Positions 19,178-28,737 of a stretch of DNA of 64,000 bases are shown here, piece by piece. The position numbers and the translations under genes were made by a program. Below the pieces are notes generated by a model, which had not been told where the DNA came from, made no database searches, and worked only from the letters and a program-made list of their open reading frames with translations. This stretch comes from Clostridiales bacterium UBA7568 (lineage in GTDB: Bacteria; Bacillota; Clostridia; Oscillospirales; CAG-272), in the NCBI GenBank assembly GCA_002479075.1, contig DLLG01000011.1, forward strand, positions 6,331 to 70,330, read 5' to 3'. The first letter of the stretch is position 1, and each line of letters starts with the position of its first letter.

Positions 19178-19265
19178 CACGGACGAAAAGCCTTTGCAGA
19201 AAAGACGCTCTCAAAGAGGAATAAAAGCATTAAAAAAGCCACCCTTGCAAGGGTGGCTTTTTTTG
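19178..19265 (+). repeat. Degenerate second copy of the pnp 3' end plus terminator (copy B)
   Basis: cacggacgaaaag...agaaaagacgctctcaaagaggaataaaagcattaaaaaagccacccttgcaagggtggcttttttt matches 18062-18160. Differences are an 11-12-nt deletion, one substitution and a changed loop. The reading frame is broken. Confidence 0.85.
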
Positions 19266-19295
19266 CAGGAGGAGCGATTTTGCTCCTCTTTATTT

Positions 19296-19670
19296 TCAGA
19301 TCAGATCTTTATATGCCGCAGCAAAGAGCTCCCTTGCCCTCTCCGTTCTGCCGGAAAGATACAGAAAGCCGAAGATCGCCTCGAAGCCCGTTGCCCTATG
19401 GTACTGGGCGGGGGTTGAATGTTTCGGAGTCGTCTTTGTTTTATGATTTCTGCCCAAGAGATAAATATTGTTTTCCTCCTCCGTCAGAAGAGGGAGAAGC
19501 TCCTCCAGCCTGTCGCTCTGCGCCTCGGCGCAAACGAGCTTCTGCGCCATAGCGGAGAGCTTTCCCGTATCGGAAATGCCGAGCGCCGCCAGTCTTTCCC
19601 TTATATAAACCTCAAGAACCGCATCGCCGACATAAGCATAAACGGAAGCTGAATAATCCTGTTTATTCAA
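19296..19670 (-). CDS. mrnC: Mini-ribonuclease III
   Basis: AYVGDAVLEVYIRERL and LLGRNHKTK motifs. The track ORF starts at TTG 19706, inside gtrA. TTG at 19670 (TTGAATAA overlap with the gtrA stop) gives a typical N-terminus. Confidence 0.75.
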   Translation of the reverse strand: MNKQDYSASVYAYVGDAVLEVYIRERLAALGISDTGKLSAMAQKLVCAEAQSDRLEELLPLLTEEENNIYLLGRNHKTKTTPKHSTPAQYHRATGFEAIFGFLYLSGRTERARELFAAAYKDLI

Positions 19671-20223
19671 TTGGCTTTTCCTCCGATTTGCTTTTTTTGA
19701 AAACAAGCACTTTGCTTATAATATAGTTGCAGATTATAACAACAATCGCTGCAATGACCTTTGAAAGTATCTCCGCGAGGTTGCGTTCTTTTCCGAGCAG
19801 GAATACCGAAACAAGCGTCGGAAACAGCTTTGCAAGGGCAAACGTGCCGGCATAAGTAATGATAAAGTCGAGCCCGAAGGTCACAAGACGCGAGCCTGCG
19901 AAGGTCACGAGCTGTTTCCCCGTCGAAACTGCCTTATCCGCATCCGTAAACACCCATTTTTTGTTCGTAAAAAACGCAAAGAGCACTGCGCAGATCCATT
20001 GGAGAACCTGAGCGACGGTATAAACCGCTATATATCTCCCGCCGGTTACCTCCTCTGCGGGTATGCCGAGTACCGCTCTGCCTGCGGCGAGGATGCCGTA
20101 ATAAACAACCCAGCCGACGAGCGTCGTAAGTACGCCGAATATGAGATACATTATTATCTCGCGGTACTTCGTCAGATGAAGCCCGTCGATTATTTTATCA
20201 AAAAAATTCTTTTTTTCTTTCAT
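19663..20223 (-). CDS. GtrA-family membrane protein
   Basis: 186 aa with a 4-TM GtrA-like layout (IMYLIFGVLTTLVGWVVYY...). Confidence 0.75.
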   Translation of the reverse strand: MKEKKNFFDKIIDGLHLTKYREIIMYLIFGVLTTLVGWVVYYGILAAGRAVLGIPAEEVTGGRYIAVYTVAQVLQWICAVLFAFFTNKKWVFTDADKAVSTGKQLVTFAGSRLVTFGLDFIITYAGTFALAKLFPTLVSVFLLGKERNLAEILSKVIAAIVVIICNYIISKVLVFKKSKSEEKPIE

Positions 20224-20230
20224 ATGTTTT

Positions 20231-20815
20231 TTAAACCTCTGTTTTCAGTTTTTCGACAGCCGAAAGGTATTCCTCCTCGCTTACGGCAATATTTATCGCA
20301 TTTATCAGCGCATTTGCGGAAAGGTTCGTCGGCAGGGAGAGCAAAGCTGCAAGCCTTTTGCGTTTTTCCGAGCTACCCTCCCCTCCTGAAAGCCCGAGAA
20401 GATAAAAATCCGTTTTTGTTACGGTCGGCGCGCGGCGCACAACTGTTCCCGAAAACGGCAGAAGCGCATTTTCAAGCCAGCTGCGATCCATTCCCTCGAC
20501 GCCGAGAAGCCCCGCTTTGGAAGGTTCTGCCTTGCGTTTTTCCTTTCCCCTGACCTCGGGAGTGTAAATATCGAAAATTTTGTCGGGCGGAAGAATTCCG
20601 TGAATATAGTTGCGGATGACAAGTCCCGCACCGTCGCTGTCCGTCAGAACGATGACCCCGCCCGCCTCCGCAAGCCTGCGGATAAGGGCGGCTTTCTCAT
20701 CCTTTCTGAAAATTCCGAAGCCGTCCGTCGTAATGACGGTCGCTCTTGCGACGGAGAGTATGCGCTCCCTGTCATACTTGCCCTCAACGATTATCGGAAG
20801 TGAAATTTCAAGCAT
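20231..20815 (-). CDS. Toprim-domain protein, ribonuclease M5-like
   Basis: 194 aa with Toprim motifs IIVEGKYD and VLTDSDGAGLVIRNYI, plus a C-terminal extension. Confidence 0.6.
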   Translation of the reverse strand: MLEISLPIIVEGKYDRERILSVARATVITTDGFGIFRKDEKAALIRRLAEAGGVIVLTDSDGAGLVIRNYIHGILPPDKIFDIYTPEVRGKEKRKAEPSKAGLLGVEGMDRSWLENALLPFSGTVVRRAPTVTKTDFYLLGLSGGEGSSEKRKRLAALLSLPTNLSANALINAINIAVSEEEYLSAVEKLKTEV

Positions 20816-20818
20816 TTA

Positions 20819-21907
20819 TCAGCCTCTCAATGATTTCGGAGTATATATTTTCGCCGCAAGCTCATAAACAAGTCCCCATTTATCAGAGACCGTACTTTTC
20901 AGGGCGACGTCTGTTTTATAGGTTTCGAGAACTGCGTTCTCGATCACGGCAACGGGCACGTTTTCAACGGATTTATAAACGAGCTTTGCCCTGTATTCGT
21001 TCATACCGAGCGCCCTTGCAAGCGACGACTGCGGCATACCGGCAAGTGCCGCCGTTTTCATCTTCAGCATCTCGGAATATATTTTCCCGAGCTTCGCAAC
21101 GACAGACACAGGCTCCTCCCGCATATCTCGGCAAAAGTCAAGCACGGTTAGCATTTCGCGCAGGTTCCATTTTGCGGCGGCGTTTGACATTGCAAAGGGC
21201 ATATCGTCCTTTGCGTTCTGAACGCAAACCGTGCGCACGTCCTCCTCCGTTATCGGAGTTGCCTCGCTTATATGGGCGAAATTCTTATATGCCGCCAGCT
21301 TTTCCGTCTCGGAAAGAACGGCGAGCATTCGTCCGGAGCAAAGCTCGCAGAGAGCGGCAGCGGCTTCGTCCGTCAGATACAGACACCCGTTTTTCCCCGC
21401 AATGAGCTTTTTTGCCCAGGCAATAAGCTTGCCAGACGAAAGCAAATCAAACTTTACAAATTTGCAGAAAGGCGAGAGCTTTTTGAAAAGCGCGGACTGT
21501 TCAAAACGGTAGTCTGCTTCAAGCTCGTCCGAGCGGAAATTCAGTATTGTAAATGCGTCTCCTCCGCCCCCGGAGATGACCCCCGCCAGCGCCTCGACCG
21601 ACGACGGTTTTCCCGCAATCGCGCCGAGATCGACGACTTCGACAAGCGTCATATCCTGCATCATCGGCGCGGCGAAAAGTGCGTCAGCAAGGGAGGAAAG
21701 TCCGCTTTTTTCATCCGAAAACGAGACGGAGAAACGGTTGAAAACGTCAAAGCCCTCTGCCGTCATTACGGCTTTTGCAATTCTCTCCGTCCAGACGGTT
21801 TTCAGGTAATCCTCCTCGCCGAAAAACACAAGCGTTTCGGCTTTTCCGGACGATATTATGTCCGCAAGAGCGTCCGGAGAAAGTATCTTGCTTTCATTTT
21901 TCGCCAT
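20819..21907 (-). CDS. holA: DNA polymerase III subunit delta
   Basis: 362 aa with N-terminal VFFGEEDYLK. The call rests mainly on size and pattern, so confidence is moderate. Confidence 0.65.
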   Translation of the reverse strand: MAKNESKILSPDALADIISSGKAETLVFFGEEDYLKTVWTERIAKAVMTAEGFDVFNRFSVSFSDEKSGLSSLADALFAAPMMQDMTLVEVVDLGAIAGKPSSVEALAGVISGGGGDAFTILNFRSDELEADYRFEQSALFKKLSPFCKFVKFDLLSSGKLIAWAKKLIAGKNGCLYLTDEAAAALCELCSGRMLAVLSETEKLAAYKNFAHISEATPITEEDVRTVCVQNAKDDMPFAMSNAAAKWNLREMLTVLDFCRDMREEPVSVVAKLGKIYSEMLKMKTAALAGMPQSSLARALGMNEYRAKLVYKSVENVPVAVIENAVLETYKTDVALKSTVSDKWGLVYELAAKIYTPKSLRG

Positions 21908-21994
21908 CTGCGGTCTCCTTTCCGAGTGTTATGGAATTTAATGGAGTTTTCCCCATTTTCCACAAAGTTATAAACATTCTGCGCTTCTTTGCGC

Positions 21995-22477
21995 TTATCC
22001 GACAAAATCAGCCAGCATACGCAGGGCTGTCTCTGTCGTTTGGTCTCTGACGGCTTTTCTGTCGCCCGAAAAGAGATTTTTTGCAATCTTTACATTGCCT
22101 TTTTTGTCTGCGCAGGCGATATAAACCAGCCCGATCGGCTTTTCCTCCGAGCCGCCGTCCGGCCCCGCGATTCCCGTCACCGCGACGGAAAAATCAACGT
22201 CCAGCGCGCTGACAGCGCCCGCTGCCATCTCCGCCGCCGTCTGCTCCGATACTGCGCCGAACTTTTCAAGCGTTTCACGGCGCACGCCGAGCAGCTTTTC
22301 CTTTATCTCGTTTGCATATGACACAACCCCGCCGAAAAATACCGAGGAGACGCCGGCAAGATCGGTTACGGTCTTGGCGATCTGCCCTCCCGTGCATGAT
22401 TCGGCTGTGCAGAACACCTCTCCGCGCGCCTTCAGCGTTTCGGCAATTTTTCGCACGATTTCGACATTATCCGACAT
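21995..22477 (-). CDS. CinA C-terminal domain / nicotinamide-nucleotide amidohydrolase (PncC-like)
   Basis: 160 aa with the TAESCTGG motif (FCTAESCTGGQIA) and GLVYIA. Confidence 0.8.
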   Translation of the reverse strand: MSDNVEIVRKIAETLKARGEVFCTAESCTGGQIAKTVTDLAGVSSVFFGGVVSYANEIKEKLLGVRRETLEKFGAVSEQTAAEMAAGAVSALDVDFSVAVTGIAGPDGGSEEKPIGLVYIACADKKGNVKIAKNLFSGDRKAVRDQTTETALRMLADFVG

Positions 22478-22582
22478 ATTTCAAAACCTCAATTCAACGA
22501 TTTTTCCAAAACAACCGAGCCCCTGCCTGCGTTATTCGCTTTCGACAGAGCCCGACAATATCCGACCCGCTCCGACGGCGGA

Positions 22583-23830
22583 TCAGTCCTCATAAAGCGG
22601 ATATTTCTTGCAGATTTTATCAACCTCCGCGCGGATATGGTCTGCGGAGTTTTCAAAATCGAACGTCGCAAGAGCGATAAGCTTTCCGATGAGGGTGAAA
22701 TCCTCCTCGCAAAGTCCTCTTGTCGTTGCCGCAGGCGTACCGAGGCGGATGCCGCTTGTGACAAACGGGCTTTCCGGATCGCCCGGAACAGCATTTTTGT
22801 TGCAGGTTATGCCAACCTCGTCCAATCGCCGTTCAAGCTCCTTGCCCGTCACGCCCGTGCCGATAAGGTTTACAAGGACGAGATGATTGTCCGTTCCGCT
22901 CGTAACGAGCGAAAACCCCTCGGTCACAAGCGACTTTTCAAGCGCTTTTGCATTCTTTATTATGCGGCTCTGGTAGTCCCTGAATTCGGGCTTGAGCGCC
23001 TCTCCGAAGCACACCGCCTTCCCCGCGATTATATGCATAAGCGGGCCGCCCTGCGTGCCGGGGAAGATCGCCTTATCTATCTGTTTTGCAAGCTCTGCTT
23101 TGCAAAGGATCATTCCGCCGCGGGGACCGCGGAGGGTCTTGTGAGTCGTTGTCGTTACAACATCCGCATAGGGGAAAGGCGAGGGGTGAAGCCCTGCCGC
23201 AACAAGCCCCGCGATATGTGCCATATCGACCATAAAATAAGCCCCGACGTCCTTTGCCGTCTTTGAAATTCTCTCAAAATCGATCGTTCTCGGATACGCC
23301 GACGCGCCCGCAACTATCAGCTTCGGGTGACATTCGTGCGCCAGACGGTCGATCTCGTCGTAATCTATGCGTCCCGTCTCCGCGGAAACGCCGTAAGGGA
23401 CGAAATTATAATACATTCCCGACATATTGACGGGACTACCGTGCGTCAGATGACCACCCTCGGCAAGGCTCATTCCCATAACGGTGTCGCCGGGCTTGAG
23501 CAGCGCAAAATAGACCGCAAGGTTTGCCTGCGCCCCGCTGTGCGGCTGGACGTTTGCGTGCTCTGCGCCGAAGAGCGCTTTCGCGCGGTCTCTCGCTATA
23601 TTTTCAACAATATCAACGCAGGCGCAGCCGCCGTAATATCTCTTTCCGGGGAAGCCCTCGGCATATTTGTTCGTCAGTATCGATCCCATCGCCGCCATAA
23701 CGGGCTCCGAAACGAAATTTTCCGAGGCGATCAGCTCGATGCCCCTTCTCTGACGGAGAAGCTCCGCCTCCATTGCCGCTCCGACCTCAGGATCGTAGTT
23801 TTTGACTATCTCTATATTTCTCTCTGCCAT
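22583..23830 (-). CDS. glyA: Serine hydroxymethyltransferase
   Basis: 415 aa with PLP-lysine region [16 protein letters not shown]. Confidence 0.97.
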   Translation of the reverse strand: MAERNIEIVKNYDPEVGAAMEAELLRQRRGIELIASENFVSEPVMAAMGSILTNKYAEGFPGKRYYGGCACVDIVENIARDRAKALFGAEHANVQPHSGAQANLAVYFALLKPGDTVMGMSLAEGGHLTHGSPVNMSGMYYNFVPYGVSAETGRIDYDEIDRLAHECHPKLIVAGASAYPRTIDFERISKTAKDVGAYFMVDMAHIAGLVAAGLHPSPFPYADVVTTTTHKTLRGPRGGMILCKAELAKQIDKAIFPGTQGGPLMHIIAGKAVCFGEALKPEFRDYQSRIIKNAKALEKSLVTEGFSLVTSGTDNHLVLVNLIGTGVTGKELERRLDEVGITCNKNAVPGDPESPFVTSGIRLGTPAATTRGLCEEDFTLIGKLIALATFDFENSADHIRAEVDKICKKYPLYED

Positions 23831-23979
23831 AATGCCCCCGTGCGTTTTTGTTTATAATAACAATATATCACAGTCCGGAGCAATTATCAACCCCGCCCGC
23901 CAAAAAATACTTGATAAACCGATGCGGGCGTGATATAATACTCTTGTTATATAAAATTCTCCGCAAAGGACAGGTATCA

Positions 23980-25791
23980 ATGGCAAATCAGAAAAACATA
24001 CGCAACTTCTCAATAATAGCCCATATAGACCACGGCAAGAGCACCCTTGCGGACAGGCTTCTCGAAAAGACGCAGAGCGTTTCTTCGCGCGAGATGGAGG
24101 AGCAGCTTCTTGACAATATGGATATTGAGCGTGAAAGAGGAATAACGATAAAAGCCCGCGCCGTCAAGATGAATTATCACGCAAAAAACGGCGAGGACTA
24201 TGAATTCAACCTTATCGACACCCCCGGACACGTCGACTTCAATTACGAGGTCTCCCGCTCCCTTGCCGCCTGCGAGGGCGCGCTGCTCATCGTTGACGCA
24301 ACGCAGGGCATTGAGGCGCAGACGCTCGCGAACACATATCTCGCTCTTGAAAACGACCTTGAAATCATCCCCGTCATAAACAAAATCGACCTCCCCTCCG
24401 CAGATATTGAAGGCACAAGAAATGAAATCGAGGATGTCATCGGCATTCCCGCGGAGGACTGCCCCGCCGTTTCCGCAAAAACAGGGCAGAATATCGAGGA
24501 TGTGCTTGAAAGAATAGTAAGCGACATTCCCGCCCCCAAGGGCGACCCCGAAGCGCCGCTCAAATGCCTGATTTTCGATTCGTATTACGATTCGTACAGA
24601 GGCGTTGTCGTAAATGTGCGCGTTGCGGACGGCAAAGTCCGCGTCGGGACAAAGATAAAAATGATGAACACGGGCGCGATATTCGACGTAACCGAGGTCG
24701 GATATATGTCCGCCTTCGGGCTTGTCCCCGCAAAGGAGCTTGCGGCGGGCGAGGTCGGATATATAACGGCGAGCATAAAGAACGTTTCGGATACGCGCGT
24801 CGGCGATACGGTCACAGAGGTTGACAATCCGACGGAGATCCCCTTTGAAGGCTTCAAAAAGGCACAGCCGATGGTCTTTGCCGGAATTTATCCCGCAGAC
24901 GGCGCAAAATATCCCGATCTTCGGGACGCGCTGATGAAGTTGCAGCTAAACGACGCCGCTCTGACCTTTGAGCCGGAGACGAGTATTGCTCTGGGCTTCG
25001 GTTTCCGTTGCGGATTTCTGGGTCTGCTTCATATGGAAATCATCGAGGAGCGCATAGAGCGGGAGTTCAATCTCGACCTTGTCACAACCGCGCCGAGCGT
25101 TATTTATAAAATTACAACCAAGGACGGCGTAACCTCTTATATAGACAACCCCGCCGTGTATCCCTCGCCGGATGAAATATCCGTCGCCGAGGAGCCGATA
25201 GTTTCCGCAAGCATAATCGTCCCTTCCGAGTTTGTCGGCGGGATTATGGAGCTTTGCAAGGACAGACGCGGCGTATTCATCGATATGAAATATATCGATA
25301 AAACGAGAATGGAGCTGCATTATACGCTCCCGCTCAACGAAATCATTTATGACTTCTTCGACGCGCTCAAAAGTCGCTCAAAGGGCTATGCTTCCCTTGA
25401 CTATGAATTCAAGGGCTATGCGGAGAGCAAGCTCGTCAAGCTCGATATTCTTCTCAATATGGAGGTTGTCGACGCGCTTTCGTTCATTGTTCACGCAGAC
25501 AAGGCATATGCAAGAGGCAGAAAGATTGTCGAAGCGCTTAAGGACAATATCCCCCGCCAGCTCTTTGAGGTACCGGTTCAGGCGGCTGTCGGAGGAAGAG
25601 TCATCGCAAGAGAGACCGTCAAAGCTATGCGCAAGGACGTGCTTGCCAAGTGCTACGGCGGCGATATAACAAGAAAAAAGAAGCTGCTTGAAAAGCAGAA
25701 AGAGGGCAAAAAACGTATGAGAAAGCTGGGCTCTGTCGAAGTTCCGCCGGAAACGTTTATGGCTGTTCTCAAGCTCGGAGACGACGAATAA
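23980..25791 (+). CDS. lepA: Translation elongation factor 4
   Basis: Frame of ORF 23848..25791. The ATG at 23980 gives [33 protein letters not shown] and NKIDL G-motifs are present. Confidence 0.97.
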   Translation: MANQKNIRNFSIIAHIDHGKSTLADRLLEKTQSVSSREMEEQLLDNMDIERERGITIKARAVKMNYHAKNGEDYEFNLIDTPGHVDFNYEVSRSLAACEGALLIVDATQGIEAQTLANTYLALENDLEIIPVINKIDLPSADIEGTRNEIEDVIGIPAEDCPAVSAKTGQNIEDVLERIVSDIPAPKGDPEAPLKCLIFDSYYDSYRGVVVNVRVADGKVRVGTKIKMMNTGAIFDVTEVGYMSAFGLVPAKELAAGEVGYITASIKNVSDTRVGDTVTEVDNPTEIPFEGFKKAQPMVFAGIYPADGAKYPDLRDALMKLQLNDAALTFEPETSIALGFGFRCGFLGLLHMEIIEERIEREFNLDLVTTAPSVIYKITTKDGVTSYIDNPAVYPSPDEISVAEEPIVSASIIVPSEFVGGIMELCKDRRGVFIDMKYIDKTRMELHYTLPLNEIIYDFFDALKSRSKGYASLDYEFKGYAESKLVKLDILLNMEVVDALSFIVHADKAYARGRKIVEALKDNIPRQLFEVPVQAAVGGRVIARETVKAMRKDVLAKCYGGDITRKKKLLEKQKEGKKRMRKLGSVEVPPETFMAVLKLGDDE

Positions 25792-25809
25792 AAAAGGAGG
25801 AAACGGAAT

Positions 25810-26949
25810 ATGAGATCGCTCGGAATATATGTTCATATCCCTTATTGCGCCAAAAAATGCGCCTATTGCGATTTTTATTCCGTTCCGTCACGAGAGTCGT
25901 CAAAGGCATATTGCTCCGCGCTTATAAAGCAGATTGAAAGCTACGGAAAAAAAGCGACGGGATATATCGTCGATACAATATATATCGGCGGAGGAACTCC
26001 GTCATATATAGACGCAGAGGACATTTTTGACGTAATCGGCGCGATAAGAAGAACGTTCAACGTCGATAAAAACGCGGAGATTTCTATGGAAGCAAACCCC
26101 GGCACCCTTGACGGCGACAAGCTCGCGGTTTACAGGAGCGCGGGGATAAACCGTCTCAGCCTCGGACTTCAAAGCGCCCATAACGACGAGCTGAAAACGC
26201 TTTCCCGCATACATACGTATGAGGATTTTGAAAGCTCGTTTCTCCTCGCTCGCCTTGAGGGGTTTGATAACATAAATGTTGATATTATGTATGCCCTGCC
26301 GGAGCAGACGCCGGAAAAGCTGGCTGAAACAATCGAAACGGTCACCGCGCTTTCTCCGGAGCATATCTCATTTTACGGGCTGAAGATTGAGGAAAACACG
26401 CCCTTTGCGTATAATAAAGCCATATCCGAAAGTCTGCCGGACGAAGAAACTCAATACAAAATGTATATGGATTCGGCAAAGACGCTTGAAGAGCGGGGAT
26501 ACCGTCAGTATGAAATAAGCAACTTCGCAAAAGACGGATATGCCTGTCGTCATAATATGAAATATTGGAAATGCAACGACTACCTCGGCTTCGGCGCGGC
26601 GGCTGCGTCGTTTTTTGAGGGGCGGCTCTTTTCGCAGGTGAAAAATATAGATTATTTCATTGAGGATCCGCTTTCCGTTTTTCTCATCGACAGTACGGAG
26701 GAGATAACGCCGAAAAAGTTTGAAACGCAATATGTTATGCTCGGCTTCCGCCTTTCGGAAGGAATTTCCCTCGGCGAATACAGGCTCCGTTGCGGCGGCG
26801 ACTTCATCGCAAAATACGGCGAAAGATTAAAGCCGTTTCTTGAAAAGAAGCTGGTCGTCAAAACGTCCGGCGGCTTTAAGCTCTCCCGCAGGGGTATGCT
26901 CGTTTCAAACTATATTCTCAGCGAAATTCTTGATTTTGACGAAGATTGA
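25810..26949 (+). CDS. hemW: Radical SAM heme chaperone HemW (HemN-like)
   Basis: 379 aa with CAKKCAYCDF (CxxxCxxC) near the N-terminus and a HemN C-terminal domain. Confidence 0.85.
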   Translation: MRSLGIYVHIPYCAKKCAYCDFYSVPSRESSKAYCSALIKQIESYGKKATGYIVDTIYIGGGTPSYIDAEDIFDVIGAIRRTFNVDKNAEISMEANPGTLDGDKLAVYRSAGINRLSLGLQSAHNDELKTLSRIHTYEDFESSFLLARLEGFDNINVDIMYALPEQTPEKLAETIETVTALSPEHISFYGLKIEENTPFAYNKAISESLPDEETQYKMYMDSAKTLEERGYRQYEISNFAKDGYACRHNMKYWKCNDYLGFGAAAASFFEGRLFSQVKNIDYFIEDPLSVFLIDSTEEITPKKFETQYVMLGFRLSEGISLGEYRLRCGGDFIAKYGERLKPFLEKKLVVKTSGGFKLSRRGMLVSNYILSEILDFDED

Positions 26950-26961
26950 CTTTATTCTTTC

Positions 26962-26990
26962 TTGACAAATCATTTCTTTTATGATATAAT
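26962..26990 (+). promoter_or_regulatory. Consensus promoter of the (now split) host tRNA-Ser gene
   Basis: TTGACA (26962-26967), 17-nt spacer, TATAAT (26985-26990) with a TGa extended -10. It lies 30 nt upstream of the tRNA 5' end at 27021. Confidence 0.7.
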
Positions 26991-27020
26991 CTTATCCGCT
27001 GTGAAAACAGCGGTATATAC

Positions 27021-27061
27021 GGAGAGGTATCGAAGTGGTCATAACGGGGCTGACTCGAAAT
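27021..27061 (+). pseudogene. 5' half of a tRNA-Ser(CGA) gene, truncated in the anticodon loop
   Basis: GGAGAGGTATCGAAGTGGTCATAACGGGGCTGACTCGAAAT is 38/41 identical to the 5' half of the intact tRNA at 27221. Homology stops after the anticodon loop and no pairing 3' strand follows. Confidence 0.85.
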
Positions 27062-27220
27062 TTTCCGAAGAGCTGTTAGTTCTGTCCGCCTGAAAACCTT
27101 GATTTTACTTAGGCTTCCAAATTTAAAATCGAATAATTTTTTGCTTTCTCTCCTGCTTTTCTCTCCAAAAGTTTTTTGAACGATTTTTGGTCGAAAAGAA
27201 AAGCGGATTGAAATATACAC

Positions 27221-27309
27221 GGAGACGTATCGAAGTGGTCATAACGGGGCGCACTCGAAATGCGTTTGCCCTAACGGGCACGTGAGTTCGAATCTCACCG
27301 TCTCCGCCA
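27221..27309 (+). tRNA. tRNA-Ser (anticodon CGA), class II with long variable arm and encoded CCA
   Basis: Hand-folded. Acceptor GGAGACG/CGTCTCC, anticodon stem GCGCA/TGCGT with loop CTCGAAA, variable arm GCCC-TAAC-GGGC, T arm GTGAG-TTCGAAT-CTCAC, discriminator G plus CCA. Confidence 0.9.
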
Positions 27310-27387
27310 TCGAAAAGCCAGTAACCATGCGGTGTTGCTGGCTTTTTCATTTTTTCTCAAAAAATAAATTTTACGCAATTTTCGGAT

Positions 27388-27420
27388 TTTAGGAGAGAAA
27401 ATCATCATTTCTCTCCTAAA
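27388..27420. terminator. 13-bp perfect inverted repeat at the integrase 3' end
   Basis: tttaggagagaaa-atcatca-tttctctcctaaa overlaps the int stop codon. Confidence 0.45.
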
Positions 27421-28613
27421 TCATTTGAAACCCAACGGCTTCCGAAATCGCCTCTTTCAGGCAAAATAAGTCCTGTTTCCATTGCCTGTGCCGAGGAGAT
27501 TTTGGAACTGTAATCCAGGTGAGCATAAATATTTGCCGTTGTTGTAAAATCGCTGTGACCAAGCCACTCTTGAATATGCTTTAGCGGTACGCCGTTAGCA
27601 AGAAGCAGTGAAGCACAGCTATGACGAAGGTCGTGAAATCGCATACGGCGCAAACCGTGCTGTTCCAAAAACTTCGGGAAATAAGAAGTTAGATAACCCG
27701 CTCGCATACGCTCGCCCATTTCATCTACAAACACAAAACCCTCATATTCATAATTGTAACAGTTGCCGCATATCTTCTTGTTCAATTCCTGCGCTTCCCT
27801 TACCTGCATAAAGTAGTCTCGAAAACTGCCGACAAGCGGTAAAGTACGCAAGCTTGATTTGGTCTTTGCCGATTGTTGCTCGATTTCCGTATACTTACCG
27901 TTTACGGAAATTGAAGTTACCGTTCGCTTAATCGAAATCGTGCCACGCTCAAAGTCTATGGCGTCCCATTTAAGCCCCAACACCTCGCCACGGCGAAAGC
28001 CGTAAAAAGCGGCTACAAGCACCGGCAGTTCTAGTTTTGTTCCTCTAAGCGCTTCAAACATTTTCTGCATTTCCTCTGCCGAAAGAAATACAGGCTGAAA
28101 ATCGTTTTTCTTCGGTCGGTCAACCTTATCAGCCACATTCTGCATCAGCATATCGGTTTTCACCGCATATTTGAGCGCCGAATGAATAACGGCGTGGTAG
28201 TGTATGACCGTGTTGGGTTTTACCTTTTTGAGCATCTCGGAATAAAACATTTGCAAATGCCTTGCTTCAAGCTCACGGAGTGTCAGCTTCTTCTTACGGA
28301 AATAAGGTTCGATAACGCTTTTTATAAGTCCTAAGTAAGAAGAATACGTCGCAATCGCCAGCCTTCCTTTGGCGATTTCCAACCACTCCAGAAGATAATC
28401 GGCAAACAACATATCGCTGCTTAACTCTCCGACTTCTTCGGGAACTTCAAATTCTGCCCGCAGTTTAGCAAGCTCGGCTTCCGCTTTTCGTTTGTTGCCC
28501 TTTTCGGGCAGTCCCAAGGAAATCCACTTTGTTTTTCGTTGCCCCTTGGCGTTTTTGTAATTCAGTACGGCATAGTAATTGCCGTTTTTAACCGATAAAT
28601 GTCCTGCTACCAT
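27405..28613 (-). CDS. Tyrosine-type site-specific integrase
   Basis: 402 aa with catalytic-domain motifs RFHDLRHSCASLLL and GHSDFTTTANIYAHL. ATG at 28613 is preceded by an AGGAGG RBS. Confidence 0.92.
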   Translation of the reverse strand: MVAGHLSVKNGNYYAVLNYKNAKGQRKTKWISLGLPEKGNKRKAEAELAKLRAEFEVPEEVGELSSDMLFADYLLEWLEIAKGRLAIATYSSYLGLIKSVIEPYFRKKKLTLRELEARHLQMFYSEMLKKVKPNTVIHYHAVIHSALKYAVKTDMLMQNVADKVDRPKKNDFQPVFLSAEEMQKMFEALRGTKLELPVLVAAFYGFRRGEVLGLKWDAIDFERGTISIKRTVTSISVNGKYTEIEQQSAKTKSSLRTLPLVGSFRDYFMQVREAQELNKKICGNCYNYEYEGFVFVDEMGERMRAGYLTSYFPKFLEQHGLRRMRFHDLRHSCASLLLANGVPLKHIQEWLGHSDFTTTANIYAHLDYSSKISSAQAMETGLILPERGDFGSRWVSNDLGEK

Positions 28614-28737
28614 TTTTAATTCCTCCTAAAATCTTAATTTTGCAGAGCAGAACTCCAAACCGACAGCATTATTATAGCATCGGTTTGGGGTTCTCTCCAT
28701 TCTGTGAATTGTTTTGCCGTATTCGTATCTGTACGAA

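Noticed and set aside
19194-19552. Plus-strand ORFs 19194..19418 and 19253..19552
   Set aside because: The first begins inside the degenerate pnp-terminator copy. Both run antisense to the well-supported Mini-RNase III gene. They are treated as spurious.
27021-27100. A possible second functional tRNA-Ser upstream of the intact one
   Set aside because: Only the first 41 nt are tRNA-like. After the anticodon loop the sequence (tttccgaagagctg...) cannot pair with the anticodon-stem or acceptor 5' strands. It is a truncated half, not a gene.
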